A DNA stretch of 64,000 nt from the human T2T-CHM13v2.0 reference genome, Homo sapiens, in assembly GCF_009914755.1 (NCBI RefSeq), contig NC_060931.1; one strand, written 5' to 3'. The position numbers were made by a program, and so were the translations under genes. Shown one piece after another: positions 44,698 to 62,695 of the stretch (the stretch's first letter is position 1; each line of letters begins with the position of its first letter). The notes beneath the pieces were generated by a model, which was given only the letters and a program-made list of their open reading frames with translations, had not been told where the DNA came from and searched no databases.

Positions 44698-46553
44698 ATC
44701 ACTCTGTCCAAAACCTGGTGTTTTCATGTCTTCCATAAATCTGCCCAACCAAAGCCCTAAACCTAACTTCTCACCCGGTGGCATTCTCTCCAGACTCCCT
44801 TGTCCACCTCTCTGCTGCTGTCAGGGGCAACCAGTCCTTGGCCGACTCTGCCTGTGGTCCCGCTGGCTGCTCCTGCAACCCTCGAACTGGGATCCCAGCA
44901 CAGACATCAGCCTACAAATGACCCCCTTTCCAGGGGCAACAGCAGCCCCACCTCTCAGCACCCCTAACTTGCTCCTCTCAAACCCACCCAGAACAGTGTC
45001 CTTTCTGAGGTCCTGGCTGGGGGACTTGGGAATGTCCTGGAGCCTGGAGCCTCCAAGTCCTCAGTGAGGAACCCAGGCGCCACCAGATCCATCTAGAAAC
45101 AGGCTGTAATCCCCAAGCAACCCTGTGTGACCTTGTGTGACCCCCACATCAGGCAGGCCATGGGTGTCCCCATACACAACTGCCAGACCCCTGGCCTCTG
45201 ATGTCAGGTCACAGTGACTGCTCACCCCAGGGATTTTCAGGTGTGACTTCATGAAAATATCACTGTAACACCAGAAGTAAACTGAGGCACAGCATGGTCA
45301 CCTCTTTGTCTAGGGTAATAGGGATAGGACGTGGTGCGACGCTGGTTGGGCAAACTTCAGAGGGTAAGCTAGGACAGATGCTCATGCCTCTGTAGTCCCA
45401 CACACCTAGGTTTATTCTTCTGTAGCTCGAGTGCAATATTCTAGTGCTTTGTCCTTGTGTCTCAGAGTTGGACACATGGAGCACAGGATGCTCAAATCCC
45501 TGGCACCTTATTCTTAGGGGCCTGAATCTTATCACACTGCCTTTGGCCACCACTGGGAGTGTTAGAGACTGTTGTGTTCCACTTCTCTAATGTGGTGGGT
45601 GCAGGGTATGCTGAGGACTATGCAGGGACCCTATGGGACCACCCACCTCAGGATTCAGCCTCAGAAACTTCTCTACTTTCCAGAATAACTTGTTTCTGTT
45701 CATTATCTGTTTTTCTTAACTCTTTTTTTTAAATCGCTTAGATACCAAAAAACAATTCAAAACCATTGTTTCCCTCATCACAATGGCTACTAGGAAGCTC
45801 ATAGCCAAATCATGCAGTCACCTCAGAAGTGTGAGGCTGTGTCATTCCTTAGGTGGGTTGCAGGTATCAGCAAGGGGCCAATTTTTAAAATAAAATTTGC
45901 TGAATAAGTAAATGGAAGAGTCAAGCAACATTTTAGAATGAAAAACATGGCCACAATATTTCTCTCCCAAGACTCGTCAAAAGGTGGAATCTATTTCCTA
46001 ACCCTGGCATCCGAGCTGGTCTTGCTTTGGCCAATGGAATAGAACCTGAGGTGTTGCCTGCAGCTTCTGCCTTTGCCCTTGGGTGACCTGAGATAAACCT
46101 GCTAAGAAGCAGGACTATGCAGACAGAAAGGCCAGGCTGTGAAGACCTGCTGAGCACAGCTCCCACGCAGCTAGCCCACTAGACCTCAAGAAAGAATTTG
46201 TTTTCCTTTAAACCACTAAGTTATTTAGTCTGCTTCACAGTAGATAGCTGGTTCAGCCACTTAGTCTACTGGTAACCTGAATAGGTCAATCCTTACTAAC
46301 AGCCCAAGGTGGCAAGTAATTGAAGCACAGTTGCAATACAGTTTGATAGGTAAACATTTCTCCATTGCAGTAATGATGGCAAAAATTCCCTGTGCACCCT
46401 GACCATCCAGGGGAGGAGTGGCCTCCCCTCCCTGGACTGACCCAGTGTATGTCTCTGACCCGGAGATCATTCTGGAAATGGAAAAGCCAGCTCATTTTTC
46501 CTCAACAGAGTTCTGCAAAAAAAATCTTTATCATTGATAGTTATCTTAAGTAG

Positions 46554-46934
<381 letters not shown>

Positions 46935-48161
46935 TAGTCTGCTGCCTTCTACTGGAGTGCAACATTTCACAAAACTCTGCAACCAAGTTTATGGGACATC
47001 CTTGGAGATGCTGGTATGGCAGTGGAATTCTTTTTGGTGGAATTCTTAACTACGTACAAAACAAGTAAAGTCAGTCTCTTGGCTGTGCATGGGAAAAAGA
47101 CTTTTCTCTCTGAAGATGACATGGGTAAGAACAGCATGGATAAATCAAGGCACACGGAAGATGGGTTTCAGGACAACTCCATGAGTGCCTGGGGATAATT
47201 CAACAACAACAACCGTTGGGAGCCAAGACACGGCCCCACCCCCAGCTCCGGGCCCAGCCTTCTCTGGCCATACCCTTCTTTAGCTATGCCCGTTCTTGTT
47301 TATGTCCCTAACAGCGAAGCTAGGCAAAACTCCCTGGGCATCCCCGGGCCAGGCCCTCTGCCTGGGCACACAAGGATCATCCAGAGTGAGTGAGGCAGAT
47401 GGAGTGGTCACAGCCAGGAGCTGCATGGGCACCTGCCAGAAACACAGAACCCCTCCTGCCTGGAGCCCCCCTTCAAGGACTCTCAAACCTAGGCCAACGA
47501 CAAAGATCTAAAGTCCACAGCCCTACCATCTGGACGGTGAGATAAATACATAAGAACAGTTCCTAAGCTGAGGGCAGCTCACACTTTCACGAACGTCTCC
47601 TGGGTGCTCACTCTGAAAGGTGCCCTTGAAGAAGGCCTTTTCACCAGTTTTGGTAGAAAAGCTTCAGGACCCAGTGATGACCTCCTGGGTCCTGAGCTAG
47701 TCAACCATGGGGCAGGACTCACTAGCAAGACTGAGTGCCCAACCTCTGAAGCCAGGATGCTCATTCCCTCTGGAGGACACCAATCCTATCCTGGGGAGAT
47801 CCAATCTCACCCCCAGGGTGTCATCAAAGTCGACTTACAGAAGCTCTGCCCCGCTTCTCCAGAAAGTGGCTCACCTTTGTGTTCCACAAGCCTAGTGATG
47901 AACAGTGTATTATCTCATGACAGCCCTGGGTTGAGGCCACTGAGCAGGGAGGACACTGTTGGTGGCTTTTCCCACACCCACTTGCCAACCAGCATAAATC
48001 TTCCCACTGCCCCAGACCACAGTCACAGTCACAATCCCAATTCCTTGCAGTGGTCATTAATTTTATGCATCCTCTTGGCTAGGCCATGGTATCCAATTGT
48101 TTAGTCAAACTTCAGTCTAGATGTTGCATGAGGGTATTTTTTACATATGATTAACATTTAA

Positions 48162-48931
<770 letters not shown>

Positions 48932-49312
48932 CTAAAATTTATTCTTATATATATATGCGTATATACATGTATACGCATATATATATGAACATGCCCTGTT
49001 GGTTCTGCTTCCCTGGACAACCTGACTGATTAATATCACTAAGCTCTTGGCTGCCTCCCCCACCCTATCCTCATTCAGCTCTCAGTTTCCACAGCACCTT
49101 CTTTTCCTCTGCAGACATGTCCCCTTCTCACAGCTTGGTCCACATTCACACGTGGCTACCTACTTGCTCCTGAGTTCATAGGAACTCCTCGTTGTAAGAA
49201 AAGCAGACTGTCTTGCACACAAAAGAAGCTCAGTCTGCATCTCTATGGTGAAGAATCAAAATCCTTAACCAGTAGAGCAGGCTATAAAGACACTGGCCTC
49301 CAGAAATGTTGA

Positions 49313-49914
<602 letters not shown>

Positions 49915-50299
49915 AGTTTTTTATTTCTTAAGGTAATAAGCCAGTAGGTGGGGGACAAAGTTAAATATAAACAAATGCTGAAAATACGCACAAATTTACA
50001 CTAGTTAACACCAACCTCGCTTTCCAATTTCGCACTCTGCTGGATTTCTTAATCTTAGGCAAAAATTCACATTGGGGGTTCAGGGAGCTAAAAGGAGTTC
50101 TCCTAAGTATGAGAACTGTAAATGCAGCTTATTCCTCACACGGGCGCTGGGAGGCTTTGGAAGAGCAACCAGCCACAGTCTGATGGCATGATATGCGTGG
50201 ATTACTGCAAAGCCACATGGAACTTTAAAGACATCTCAATTAACAGCTTCACTGGGGTTTCAGATTAGTACTACATATTGGAAAAAAGATTAATCCAGA

Positions 50300-50445
50300 T
50301 GAGTGGTTCTAAACCCTGCCGAGCCGCAACCCAAAGTGTCTGACGCAGGAGGTCTGTCTGGGGTGGAACCCAGAACTGGCATTCCTAACAGTTTCCAGGG
50401 GATGCTAATGCTGGTGTCAGGACCTCACTGTGAGAACTGCTGACT
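50300..50445. mobile_element. MER5A-type fragment
   Basis: agtggttct...ttcctaacagtttccaggggatgctaatgctgg...tgagaactgctg. Confidence 0.65.
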
Positions 50446-51002
50446 TAAGATAGCACTCGTCCAAAAACATGGACTCCTCAACAGAGCCACCCAAGCAGCT
50501 GCCCGGCTGGTAGGTGAGCCTGGGCAGGCATCTATCATTTGGCAGTGATGGCAGCCACATTCACGTTTCCACTGCAGTTACAATAGCGTGCTGCCCAAAG
50601 GTACTCAGGGTGCTCTTACAGAGTCAGGGTTTGAGAAAAGGCACACATGTTTGTTTTGTCAGATTTGCAAACTGCCTATGGAATCAACACAGTAAATACG
50701 ATTTTCTCCCCCTCTACTCTCCCTTTTACTCTGAAGAGCTTGCTCCCCAAGCAAAAGGGATTGCTAAGTAACAGTCTGATTATGTGCAAGACAATAGTGT
50801 TTCTAAAGTGCTTAAAAACAGTTAAGAACTACCACTGCATAACTCCTAAGGGAATAACTGATTCAGGCAAAGGCCATCCTTGTATGTTAAAATGGCTGAA
50901 AGTTGTTAGGAGGCAGTATCAAAGGTAAGAAGGGAATCGGGTCTCAACCAAGTGATCTGACTTAGCGGGCCAACAGCAGGACAAAAAGACATTCCATCTC
51001 AT

Positions 51003-51298
51003 GGCCGGGCACGGTAACTCATGCCTGTAATCCCAGCACTTAGGGACACCCAGGCAGGTGGATCACCTGAGTGCAGGAGTTCGAGACCAGCCTGGCCAAC
51101 ATGGTGAAACCCCGTCTCTACTAACAATACAGAAAATCAGCTGGACGTGGTGGGTGTGTGCCTATAGTCCCAGCTACTGAGGCAGGAGAATCACCTGAAA
51201 CAGGGAGGGAGGTTGCAGTGAGCCAAGATGGCACCACTACACTCCAGCCTGGGCTACAAAGCCGGACTCCATCTCAAAAAAAAAAAAAAAAAAAAAAA
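51003..51298 (+). mobile_element. AluSx-like
   Basis: Dimer with small internal deletion; TSD aaaagacattccatctc. Confidence 0.95.
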
Positions 51299-51439
51299 GA
51301 CATTCCATCTCTTAATGTGAGGCAAGCAAGTAGAGGTACCTCACACATATGTAATCATTTTTTAAAAACTGCTTATCCTGAATCTAATGAGGAGAGAAGA
51401 ACCGTACAAATTCATACTGTGCAACAATCTACAAGGCAA

Positions 51440-52160
51440 AGTCCAGGAAGAAATAACATTGTCCCTATTTTCAGATGTCATGATTATCTACATGGGAAAT
51501 GCCCAGGAATATACAAAACAAAACTTTGCAAACTCACAGGATACAAGGTAAACATACAAAAGTCAATTGCATTTCTATGTACTAGTAATGAATACACAGA
51601 CACAGAATTAAAAATACAAGGCCATTCACAATCACTTTAAGACGTGAGGCCAGGCACAGTGGCTCACACCTGTAATCCCAGCATTTTGGAAGGCCGAGGC
51701 AGATGGATCACGAGGTCAGGAAATCGAGACCATCCTGGCTAACACGGTGAAACCCCGTCTCTACTAAAAATACAAAAAATTAGTCGGGCATGGCAGGGGG
51801 CATCTGTAGTCTCAGCTACTTGGGAGGCTGAGGCAGACGAATGGAGTGAAGCTGGGAGACGGAGCTTCCAGTGAGCAGAGATCATGCCACTGCACTCCAG
51901 CCTGGGCAACAGAGCGAGACTCGGTCTCAAAAAAAAAAAAAAAAAAAAAGAAGTGAGACACTTGGGTGTAAATCTGAAGACACACACAGGACCTGTATGC
52001 CAAACTACACAGATGCCAATGAAAGAAATGAAAGATAATCTAAATAACTGAAAAGATATATCATGTTCATGAACTGGAAGTCCTGCAACTGGTGAGTGGT
52101 TGAGTAAACTGTGGTACATCCCTCATAGGTAACATCGATCAGTAATAAGGAACAAGCTGG
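51440..52160 (+). mobile_element. L1M ORF2 fragment
   Basis: acaggatacaaggtaaacatacaaaagtcaattgcatttctatg (GYKVNIQKSIAFL). Confidence 0.8.
51648..51949 (+). mobile_element. AluY-like
   Basis: Full dimer inside L1. Confidence 0.95.
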
Positions 52161-53504
52161 GCCTAACATGACTTATTCTGCCAGTCGCCCCCTAAAACAA
52201 GAGGCTCGGGCATCCGGCTGATTCTCCAGCCCAATGTGACATGCTGATTTCTAAGCTGCCTCCACTTTGCTGTCTGTACCCACAGGCACCCCGGCAAAAC
52301 TCCACTCTGGGAGCTCCCCCAAGACCCTCTGAGAGGCTGCCCTGCCATCAAGCTCTTGAAAAGTTGGCACAGGGAGCCCCATTTTTCTCAAAGGAAAGGC
52401 CAGTGATTCAAAACACTAAGCCTTGGACTCCAGAGGACCCTGGGGCCTGCAGGAGAGGGTAGGGAGAGGCGAGCCAGGCCACAGCAGCAGGCACATAGTC
52501 CTGAGCAGGCCACGGGATCGTCTTCCTTCACCTTCGAGATGCAGCTGGAAGAACTGGGGGCTCCGGAGCAGGCAGAATGGAGACAAGCAGACTCTGGGTC
52601 TGAGAGGCGTGATCGGAAGCCCCTTGCCCTGCCATGTCCAAGCTGAGATGGTGGGCAAGCTACCTCGCCCTGCATTCACCTTCTGAGCCTCAGTTTCTAC
52701 AGAGTTAGTGAGGGTTAAATGTATCTGAGACACAGCAGGCACTCACTGAACATGAGCTGCATGAAAGGAATGAGTGAGTGAATGAATGAATAAAGGAAGG
52801 AACAAGTGAATCTCCCCGCACAGGGCCTCACACACAGTCAATAATTCATGCCAGTTACTTCCCTGCCTGCGGCCTCCACTCTGCGGTGTGCATCTTCTAT
52901 GCATGGCAACAAGCCTGAGGTCTATGAGCGGCTGCTGTGCCATATCGCATTCGTGCAGCTGCAAACAGAACAGTGCGTTATGGAAACCCCGGCAGATGTG
53001 GGGGAGTCGTGAGTGGCACCCACGTGATACCCTGCCATGTGTTTTACCCAGGGCCAAGGCCAAATGCCAACTGTTTGACACAATGGCCCTGAAGTGGGCC
53101 GCAGCCTCTTTGAGGAAGGACAGATGGATCTGCTGATAGAGCGATAACTTGTACCGGGACACACTATCTCCTCCTCACTGTGGCTGTGAACAAAGCCCAC
53201 AGTATTCACAGCGTGGCTGCCATCACCACACCCACTCCTCCTCCAGGCAGGGATCTGAGCAGTTGCTCATCTGAGAATTGATGTGCTTCAGGCACGAAGC
53301 CTATGTATTATATGAACCCAAACATCTCTCCAAAATTTGGCTAGTGTCTTACGTGCACTCAGTCCCCGATGCAGTATTTGTGAACACGATCTGGGGGTCT
53401 CAGCACAAAGCAAAAAGCGGGAGAGGAGACATTTTCCCAGGACAAGTCTGCTGGATGCCCAACATCTTTATAAGAACAAAACCTGCATTTAAATATTACA
53501 CAAG

Positions 53505-54422
<918 letters not shown>

Positions 54423-56847
54423 CATTACACAAGGGATTACACAGTGCTGGTGGCTCTGCATCAAGACTGGAATCCATTTTCCGAGGAAGAAAAAGGAAAT
54501 GATTCTTGCCATTTGGCAGTACAGATTTGAAGGAAACAAACCCCACAACACACTCTGTCCAGAAAGAATATTCTTTTGTGCTGAAGTCACAGCTCCGTAG
54601 GTGCAACTCTTCTCAGGAAACCTGCATGGACTCCTGGGGACATTTGTCATCAACTTTCAATAACACAACAACTTGCAATGTGGCTATTTTCCAAGGAAAT
54701 ATCAGTAGGCTAGATTCTCAAGTCTGTAAGATGAGTTGTAAATGGTTCTCTTCTGCAAGTTAAAGGAATAATTTACAAAGCAAAACTCCAAGAATGAAAG
54801 TTGTGGCCCTAATAAAAACATGAACAAAAGCCTGGGAAAATGTGCCGGCATTTCCCTCTCTCCTCGTAAGCAATCACTTCTAGAATGTTTTCATCTAGAT
54901 GTGTAACTATCCCCTCCCATAGTGAAGTGTGCCCAGTGAGCACCGGATTGGGAGGCCAGCCCCTGGCTGTCCAGAGGATGGAATGGAGGCTCTGAGTGAT
55001 GTCACACCTTGGCAAGTACACGTAGCTAACTCTAAGCTCCTTCTAAAGCTCTTATCATTTTTTTTCTTTCTTTTTTTTTTTAAGCAGCAGCAGCCTTCTT
55101 GTCCTTGGAGGAATTCAGATTTAATGAGGACAGAGAGATACAACGAAAATTACACAACCCAATCCCACAGAATGTGAGCAGATGAAGGCCATGGCTAACT
55201 GGGCCTCAGAACAGAGGGCCAGGCCTCTGGTAGTCAGCGTCCCACCTGGACCACTCTGGAAGGGACATAGCCTGGGAAGGAATCAGGAGGCCCACAGCTC
55301 CACTCCCTTCTCAGTCAGTCTGTCTTGGGGGGCCCAACGTGGAGGAACTTGGGCCAATCTGAAAAACACTTCTTTTGGGGTCAGAGCTCTCAAAAGGGTG
55401 ACCAACCACAGATGAAAGAAAAGGAATCGAAGGCTAACCTGGTTTCCACTGGAAAGAAACTCGGGTACACAGTGTCGACAGCTACTCCTAACAGCTCAGT
55501 GAGGTCCGTGCTATCAACACAGTTTTCAGCACCACTTCAGAGAAGTTTGGGGACCATCCCAGGGCCACAAAGAGAACAAGTGGCAGGGACGAGAAGGGGT
55601 GCCACCTGGGTTCCTGCAAAGCCTGCTCCCTTTCCGCTTCACCCCCAGGGTAAACAGGCAGGACAACGCAGCCACAGGCTGCACCCACACTGGGGCCTTC
55701 CTCTTGTTTGCTCAAAGCCATCTGGCAGTATGGGAAACGGAAAAGCTGGTGTCCCCAGAGCTCACAGAGCTGACAAGAGGCGGAACCGTGCAGAAAAACC
55801 GGTGTGTACAAATGAAAGGAGAGGCAGTACCTCCAGAGGGTCAAGGGGACTCCAGACAATAGCGATCACAGTCGGCCAAAAGCCTCTGTCCGCTCCCACT
55901 CATTCGCCCAGCTCATCTTGGCATTGAAAACGGAAGCCGGGTCTGTCTGGAAATCAGCTGGAACCTTTTTGGCTACAAAGCTGAACTCAGCACCAACAGC
56001 CCCCAGCTGGCCGCTCACCAAGAGTCCTGGTCACAGACTCACAGGCCAAGGTCGGCATTAAGCGGCCCAGTGCGTGTCTAGCCCTGTCAGCATGCCGCTA
56101 GCCACACAGCTGTGCTTGCCCCGTGCGTGGTGTCCCAGGGAACTATGCTTCGGAAGAACTAACCCAGTCTGTGAAGAGCTAGCCTGGCAGGAGCCACAGC
56201 ACCTCCCACTCCTCTCACCGCCAGGGCCCACAGGTCCTGGCAGCCAGCCATCAGGGAGAGGAATGCAACTCCGCAGGGCATGACCACGCAGAGGGGCCAC
56301 CTCACTGCTAGGTGTGAGGCTGCAGAGACCTCCCCATGGGCTCCGCACAGACAACCAGACACCCGACAAGCTGAGCTGATGTGGAATGGGCATGTTCTAA
56401 AAGAAGCAGCACTGACAAACATCTTTTACTCACAAATAGCCCGGCAGCCGAGGGACCATTTGGAGTAAGGCCATCCCTCCAGGGCGTTCTGAGAAGTCAC
56501 TACAGTCATAAATGGGAGGGTGACACCCAGAGACCGGCAACGGCAACGCCTAGGTCGGGATCCAGGTTTGGGAGAACCATTCGCGCGGTAGTCACACACA
56601 CACTATGCTTCTCACGCCCACTGCTGCAAACACCTTCGTGGGAAGAGGAAAATGAATGATCGTGTGTTCTGTTATCCTGTGAGAAGAGTGAGCCTTTAAA
56701 AAGTGAATAAACACCATTCCAGTTGTCGCAAAATCTCTACTAATAATAAGCAAAATGCCTTAAAAGCACAGTATGCTCTCGATGACCTATGTTTTGGATT
56801 ATTCCTATTTAATGGAGGTGGGGGTGGGGAGTTAAAGAGCAACACAT

Positions 56848-57126
56848 GATCGGGTGCAGTGGCTAAGGCCTGTAATCCCAGCACTTTGGGAGGCCGAGGC
56901 GGGCAGATCGCCTGAGGTCAGGAGTTCGAGACCAGCCTGGCCAACATGGTGAAACACTGTCTCTACTAAAAATACAAAAATTAGCGGGGCGTGGTGGCAC
57001 ACGTCTGTAGTCCCAGCTATGGAGGCTGAGGCAGAAGAATTATTTGAACCCGGGATGGGGAGGTTGCAGTGAGCTGAGATCGTGCCTGGGCGACAGAACG
57101 AGACTCCGTCTCAAAAAAAAAAAAAA
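56848..57126 (+). mobile_element. AluSx-like
   Basis: Dimer with small deletions; TSD aaagagcaa..cat. Confidence 0.93.
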
Positions 57127-58739
57127 GAGCAAAACATAGCAACTCTGTGTGTTGCGGGTTACCTGTCTCACTCAAATTTTTCATCAGAATAATCTGGTTA
57201 CACCTGAATCCTTGCCAGTGGAAAATGAGAAAGGCCTCACAGGGATATGTGGGGAGTTGCCACCAGGGCTGCCCCAGAAATCAAGGGTCACGTGTGGCCC
57301 AGGCTTGGGAAAACATTTCTCAAACCACGTGGTCCCAATGCAGGCTGGATCTCCAGAGGTGGGGCCCACCCACCAGTCCTTCCCTCGGAAAGAGACCACG
57401 GCCCCAAGGACTGAAGCCCAACCAAGTAACTTAACTATTCATTATGCTAATATGCCCTTTGTTGAGGACCCAGGAGCCAACGCCCTGATACAAGCCAGCA
57501 GGGCAATGCCTTCACCCACCTCACGAGCAAGCCTATTCTTCCCTTATGGGCTGTGCTCTTAGAAATTTCTGTGCAGACTCTCTCCACCTCCCACCCTGGG
57601 GACACCCTGCCGCCCTCCACGCTGCCTCCCACCAGCCCGCTAGGTCGGTGGGGCATTGGTCTCAAATCTACAAGCACCATGGAAAGTTGTCCAGGGCTTT
57701 GCCACAGTTCTCCGAAAGGGTGAAACACCCTACCTTGTGTCTTTGTATTCTTCTTTGCCTTCTGCAAATCCCCTTTGCTACTCCAGAACACAGCAGGTGG
57801 CCCTGCCCAGGGCCTCTGCCCACGCTGCCCCTCCATCGCGACGGGTCCTTCTGCAAAGTCGCCCAGGATTTAGTCCCTCACCTCCCCCAGCCCAGCATCC
57901 TCTTGGAAAGAAACACCAGTTGACTCCAGATAGAGCAACCCACCACCCCGTCTCTGGGCCTGCAGGCCTGCCCGGCCAGGGACCTCAAGTAATCCAGAGG
58001 AGAAACATCAGGATGAGTCTGCCTCCTCCTTGAGCCCCCAAATCCCACCAATTCTGCAAATGCCCACGTTGGAAAAGATGCCAGTAATTCTGGTTCAACA
58101 TGTTCCAAGGAGGGGAAAACGACAGCCTGCTGTTGACATTCCTGATTTGGAATTGTGAACACATTCTTAGAGGGTAAAAATTAACCACCATCAGTTGGGG
58201 AAGGCATTATGGGGAGGGCATTATGGCTGCACTTCAAGGACTGATCACAAGAACCGCCTCACTCCAACTGCCCAGGGCCTGCATCGACGTTTTAACAGAG
58301 CCAAACCAGAGCGAGCCCAGTTCTGGACCGTTCCCTCAGAAAAGCAGCCGAGGAAACCCTGAGTAATTGCACTCATAGATCATAGGCTCTGGCATGTGGT
58401 TCCCAGACTGAACCATTTATCCAAATTAAAACCATTCTCCAGAAACAAAATCAGACCCTTTTAATTGAAAATAAAACCAAGCAACCCCGAAGGCTCTTTT
58501 TTTTTTAAATGAAAGACATTCTTCCTGCTTTCTCATCCCATTAATCACAGAGTTTACACAATCTGTCAAAATAGCTTGGTAAGAAGTCTCCCTCTTCCTT
58601 TTCCTGCAGGCCTGGTTTTTACCCTGGGGGTGATAACCTAGCCATGTTTAAGGACAGCGGGTGGACACCGTGAGAATCCAGCCAGCACCCTATGTCTCAA
58701 CTGCAATTTGACCATATATACTAAGGAGTTCCAAAAAGC

Positions 58740-59308
58740 TTGTGTTCACCAAAAAAAAAATGGAAAGCAGGGACTTATACACCCATGTCCATAGCAGCAT
58801 TATTCACAACAGCCGAAGGGTAGAAGTAACTGAAGTGTATCAACAGATGAATGGATAAACAAAATGTGCTATTCATACAGACACACACACACACACACAC
58901 ACACACCCCCACACACACGGTATTATTCAGCCTTAAAAAGAGAGAAATCGTGACACATGCTACAACATGGATGAAACCTTGAGTACAGTATTCTAAGTGA
59001 AATAAACAAATCACAAAAAATACAAATACTGTATGATTCCACTTGTATGAGGCACCCGATGTAGTCCGTTTCACAGGGACAGAAAGTAGAATGGTGGTTG
59101 CCAGGGACTGGGGGGAGGGGAACATGGGGAGTTAGTGCTTAAGGGACACCGAGTTTCAGTTCTGCAAAATGGAAAGAGTTCTGGAGCTGGAGGGTGGTGA
59201 TGGTTGCACAACGTGAAGGTTCTTAATGTCGCCTAACTGCCGCAGTTAAACATGATTAAAACGACAAAGTTCATGTTATGCATGTTTTACCAAAGCTTAA
59301 AAAAAAAG
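58740..59308 (+). mobile_element. L1MA/MB 3' end with internal (CA)n
   Basis: atagcagcattattcacaacagcc, acagatgaatggataaacaaaatgtg, tactgtatgattccactt, ggtgatggttgcacaac. Confidence 0.88.
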
Positions 59309-59339
59309 ATGTTTGTATTCTTTGATGCCAAAGAGTCTG

Positions 59340-59770
59340 CTAGAAATCCTTTCAAGAGCATGACTAGCTACGATCTGCCCAAAGACCTATGTGCAAGCAT
59401 AACACAGGATGTAAATGATCAATGAACAAATAGTGAAGTCCAAATATCATGGTACATCCACATACTGGAGTACTATACTGTCATCAGCAGTCATATTTAT
59501 GCAGAGCTATTTCTGGATTGGGAAATGCTTATACTGCCACATTGACTTTAAAATGCAGGATACAAAATAATACATATGGTATGATCTCAGCTTGGTAAAT
59601 TAAAAAAGCACAGAAAACATATGGCACACAAGAAGGCTAAAATATGAACCTCTGTGGAGGTGATATTAGAAGGAATTTTTTCCTTTTTCCTTAGCATTTC
59701 TCTATCTTTTCCAAGTCTACAATGAGCACATATTACAAGAAAACTATTTTGTAGAAAAATAGTCAAAAAG
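59340..59770 (+). mobile_element. Old L1ME-like fragment
   Basis: atggtacatccacatactggagtactat motif. Confidence 0.5.
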
Positions 59771-59791
59771 CAAATTAAGAAGCAAAGATAC

Positions 59792-60244
<453 letters not shown>

Positions 60245-62288
60245 CTACCCAAGACATGGACACAGGCCCCCTTTCCTCCAGCCCTGTCCACCCGGCTCTG
60301 CAGGTCTTTCCAGAGGAGACAAACTGGAAACACCTGTCCTTGATCTTTGGAGAAAAACTCATCTCTATCACGCTGGCCTCCCCTGTGTCAACCACTTAGC
60401 ACACAGCTCCCTCCCAGTGGATCAGATTAGCACCTCCAAGAATGAGGAAGTGGTTCTCCAGAAGGACCACAAGGTGCTTTTCAGGCCCCTGGGGCCATGG
60501 AAATTCAGCAGGACCAAAGTACACTGGGCCTGGAGCCCAAAAGGAGGAAACAAAACCCCACGTGGCTCCCACCCCTGAGCTCCGGAACCAGTGGAGGAGC
60601 AAACCTGTGGAGGAACGACAACCCCAGGCTGCAGGTGACAAATGACAAACACAGTCACAATAACCCCAGGACCTCTCAGGACAAAGGACAGTTCTGCCCC
60701 AGGTTTGTGGGATGCCAGAGCCTGGCCTATGTCACTGCCTCCTGTGCGTACCTTTGATCTACCTCCCAAATGGCCAGTGATGAAAGGGGTAGGCGCCCAG
60801 GGACACCTCTAAGAAAGGTGATGGATTACAAGGTGGAGAAGAATGCCAGGACCAGGCCCCTTTGTTTGCAGAGCCAGCCCGGCGCTCCAGGGAGGAATGT
60901 GCACAGGCCAGGACGCAGATGCCCCTGCTAATGGCCCAGTGTGCCCCAGGGCCCACTCTCCTGCCCGCCTGCCCTGCACAGCCAGATGTGGGCCTGTGCC
61001 TTTTATTGTGTGGCTCCAAGTGAGTGAAATGTTACACACTGCAGCTGTGTTCCAGGGTGATGGGGAGAGCGCAGATTCCTGAATCCTCCAGCGAGAAATA
61101 ATCCCAGGGCCTGGAGCAGAGCCCGGGCTCTCCTGTAAAAAGAAAAGCAACTGCAGACGGCAGTGAACGGCCTTGGCCAGACACTTCCCGAGGACTTTCT
61201 TTCTTTCAGTATCGCCACGAGTGTATTCCAGTGTATTCAAAGCATCAACGAATTGGTCTCTACTTTTCAGGAGCAGTTTCATAAACTCTACACACAAGAG
61301 GTGCCACGTCACACTGTGGCTGCCAAGACACAATGAAAGGAGGTGACACACTTTAGTCCACCTGGAGGTGTCCCCGGTGTCCCCAGGGGCATGGCCTGGC
61401 TAGGAGTGGCACTTGTAATCGTCAGCAGGGCACCCGTATTCATCCTTCCTGGGTGCCGACAGGTTGCCGCTCGCTTGGGCAGCTGGAAGAAAGATTCCTA
61501 AAGATTCTTCTGATATCTTAGAAACAAAGCCAGGCCTGCAAAGGGCGTATTAAGTGCTATTATCTTTCCCCAAAAGAGAAGAGGAAGAGGAAGGGCAGAC
61601 AATCTAACATGAACCATAATTAGAGCTGAGGGAGGAAGGAAGAGTAAAGAAAGGCCCAGCCTTGGGGTCCGAGGAAGCAGCTGGGGCTGGCGCACTGGTT
61701 GAGGTAGACAGCAGGCACGCCGCAGCTCCTGAGCCTTGGCCTGGCCACTCCAGGGGCTGGGCTGTGGGTGGGGACTGCACAAACCCCTCATCTTGGCAAG
61801 AACTCCAAGCATTGCTGACGGACCGGGATTCAGATCCAAGGCTCAGTATCCTCACAACACACACAAGTTACTTGAGCTCGCTAAGTCTCAGCGCTCTCTT
61901 CCAGAAAAGGGAGACCATCAGGATGGCATACATGCACGGTTCAGCAACGATCAGACTAGGGACAGAAAGTGCCCAAGCCACCTTGGATACTTGAGTAGTA
62001 AAAGGAAGGGGGTCTTGTTAGCCGCGTTATTAGGCTGAGAGCTGGCGGGCTGTTTGCAGAGGGCTCCCAGGGCTTCCTGCCCAGCGCTGGGGTGGAGACA
62101 GGGACAGAGAGGTCTCTCCCCTGAGGGGTGGCTCTGAGGAGCACTTCCCTAGCTCTGGGAGCACCTCCCTCTGCCAGAGGGAATTTTCTAGATCACAGAC
62201 ATAGAATCCTTCAGTATAATCTTTCATTCATTTTGCCCAGGAGACAAAAGAGTAGTAGACTACTGCCTTCTAAAAAAAAAAAAAAATC

Positions 62289-62695
<407 letters not shown>

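Noticed and set aside
55325-55927. 200-aa plus-strand ORF
   Set aside because: Non-ATG start, no domain, no exon structure
60809-61351. 180-aa minus-strand ORF as a possible further first exon
   Set aside because: No convincing phase-0 donor found after its ATG; no recognisable similarity
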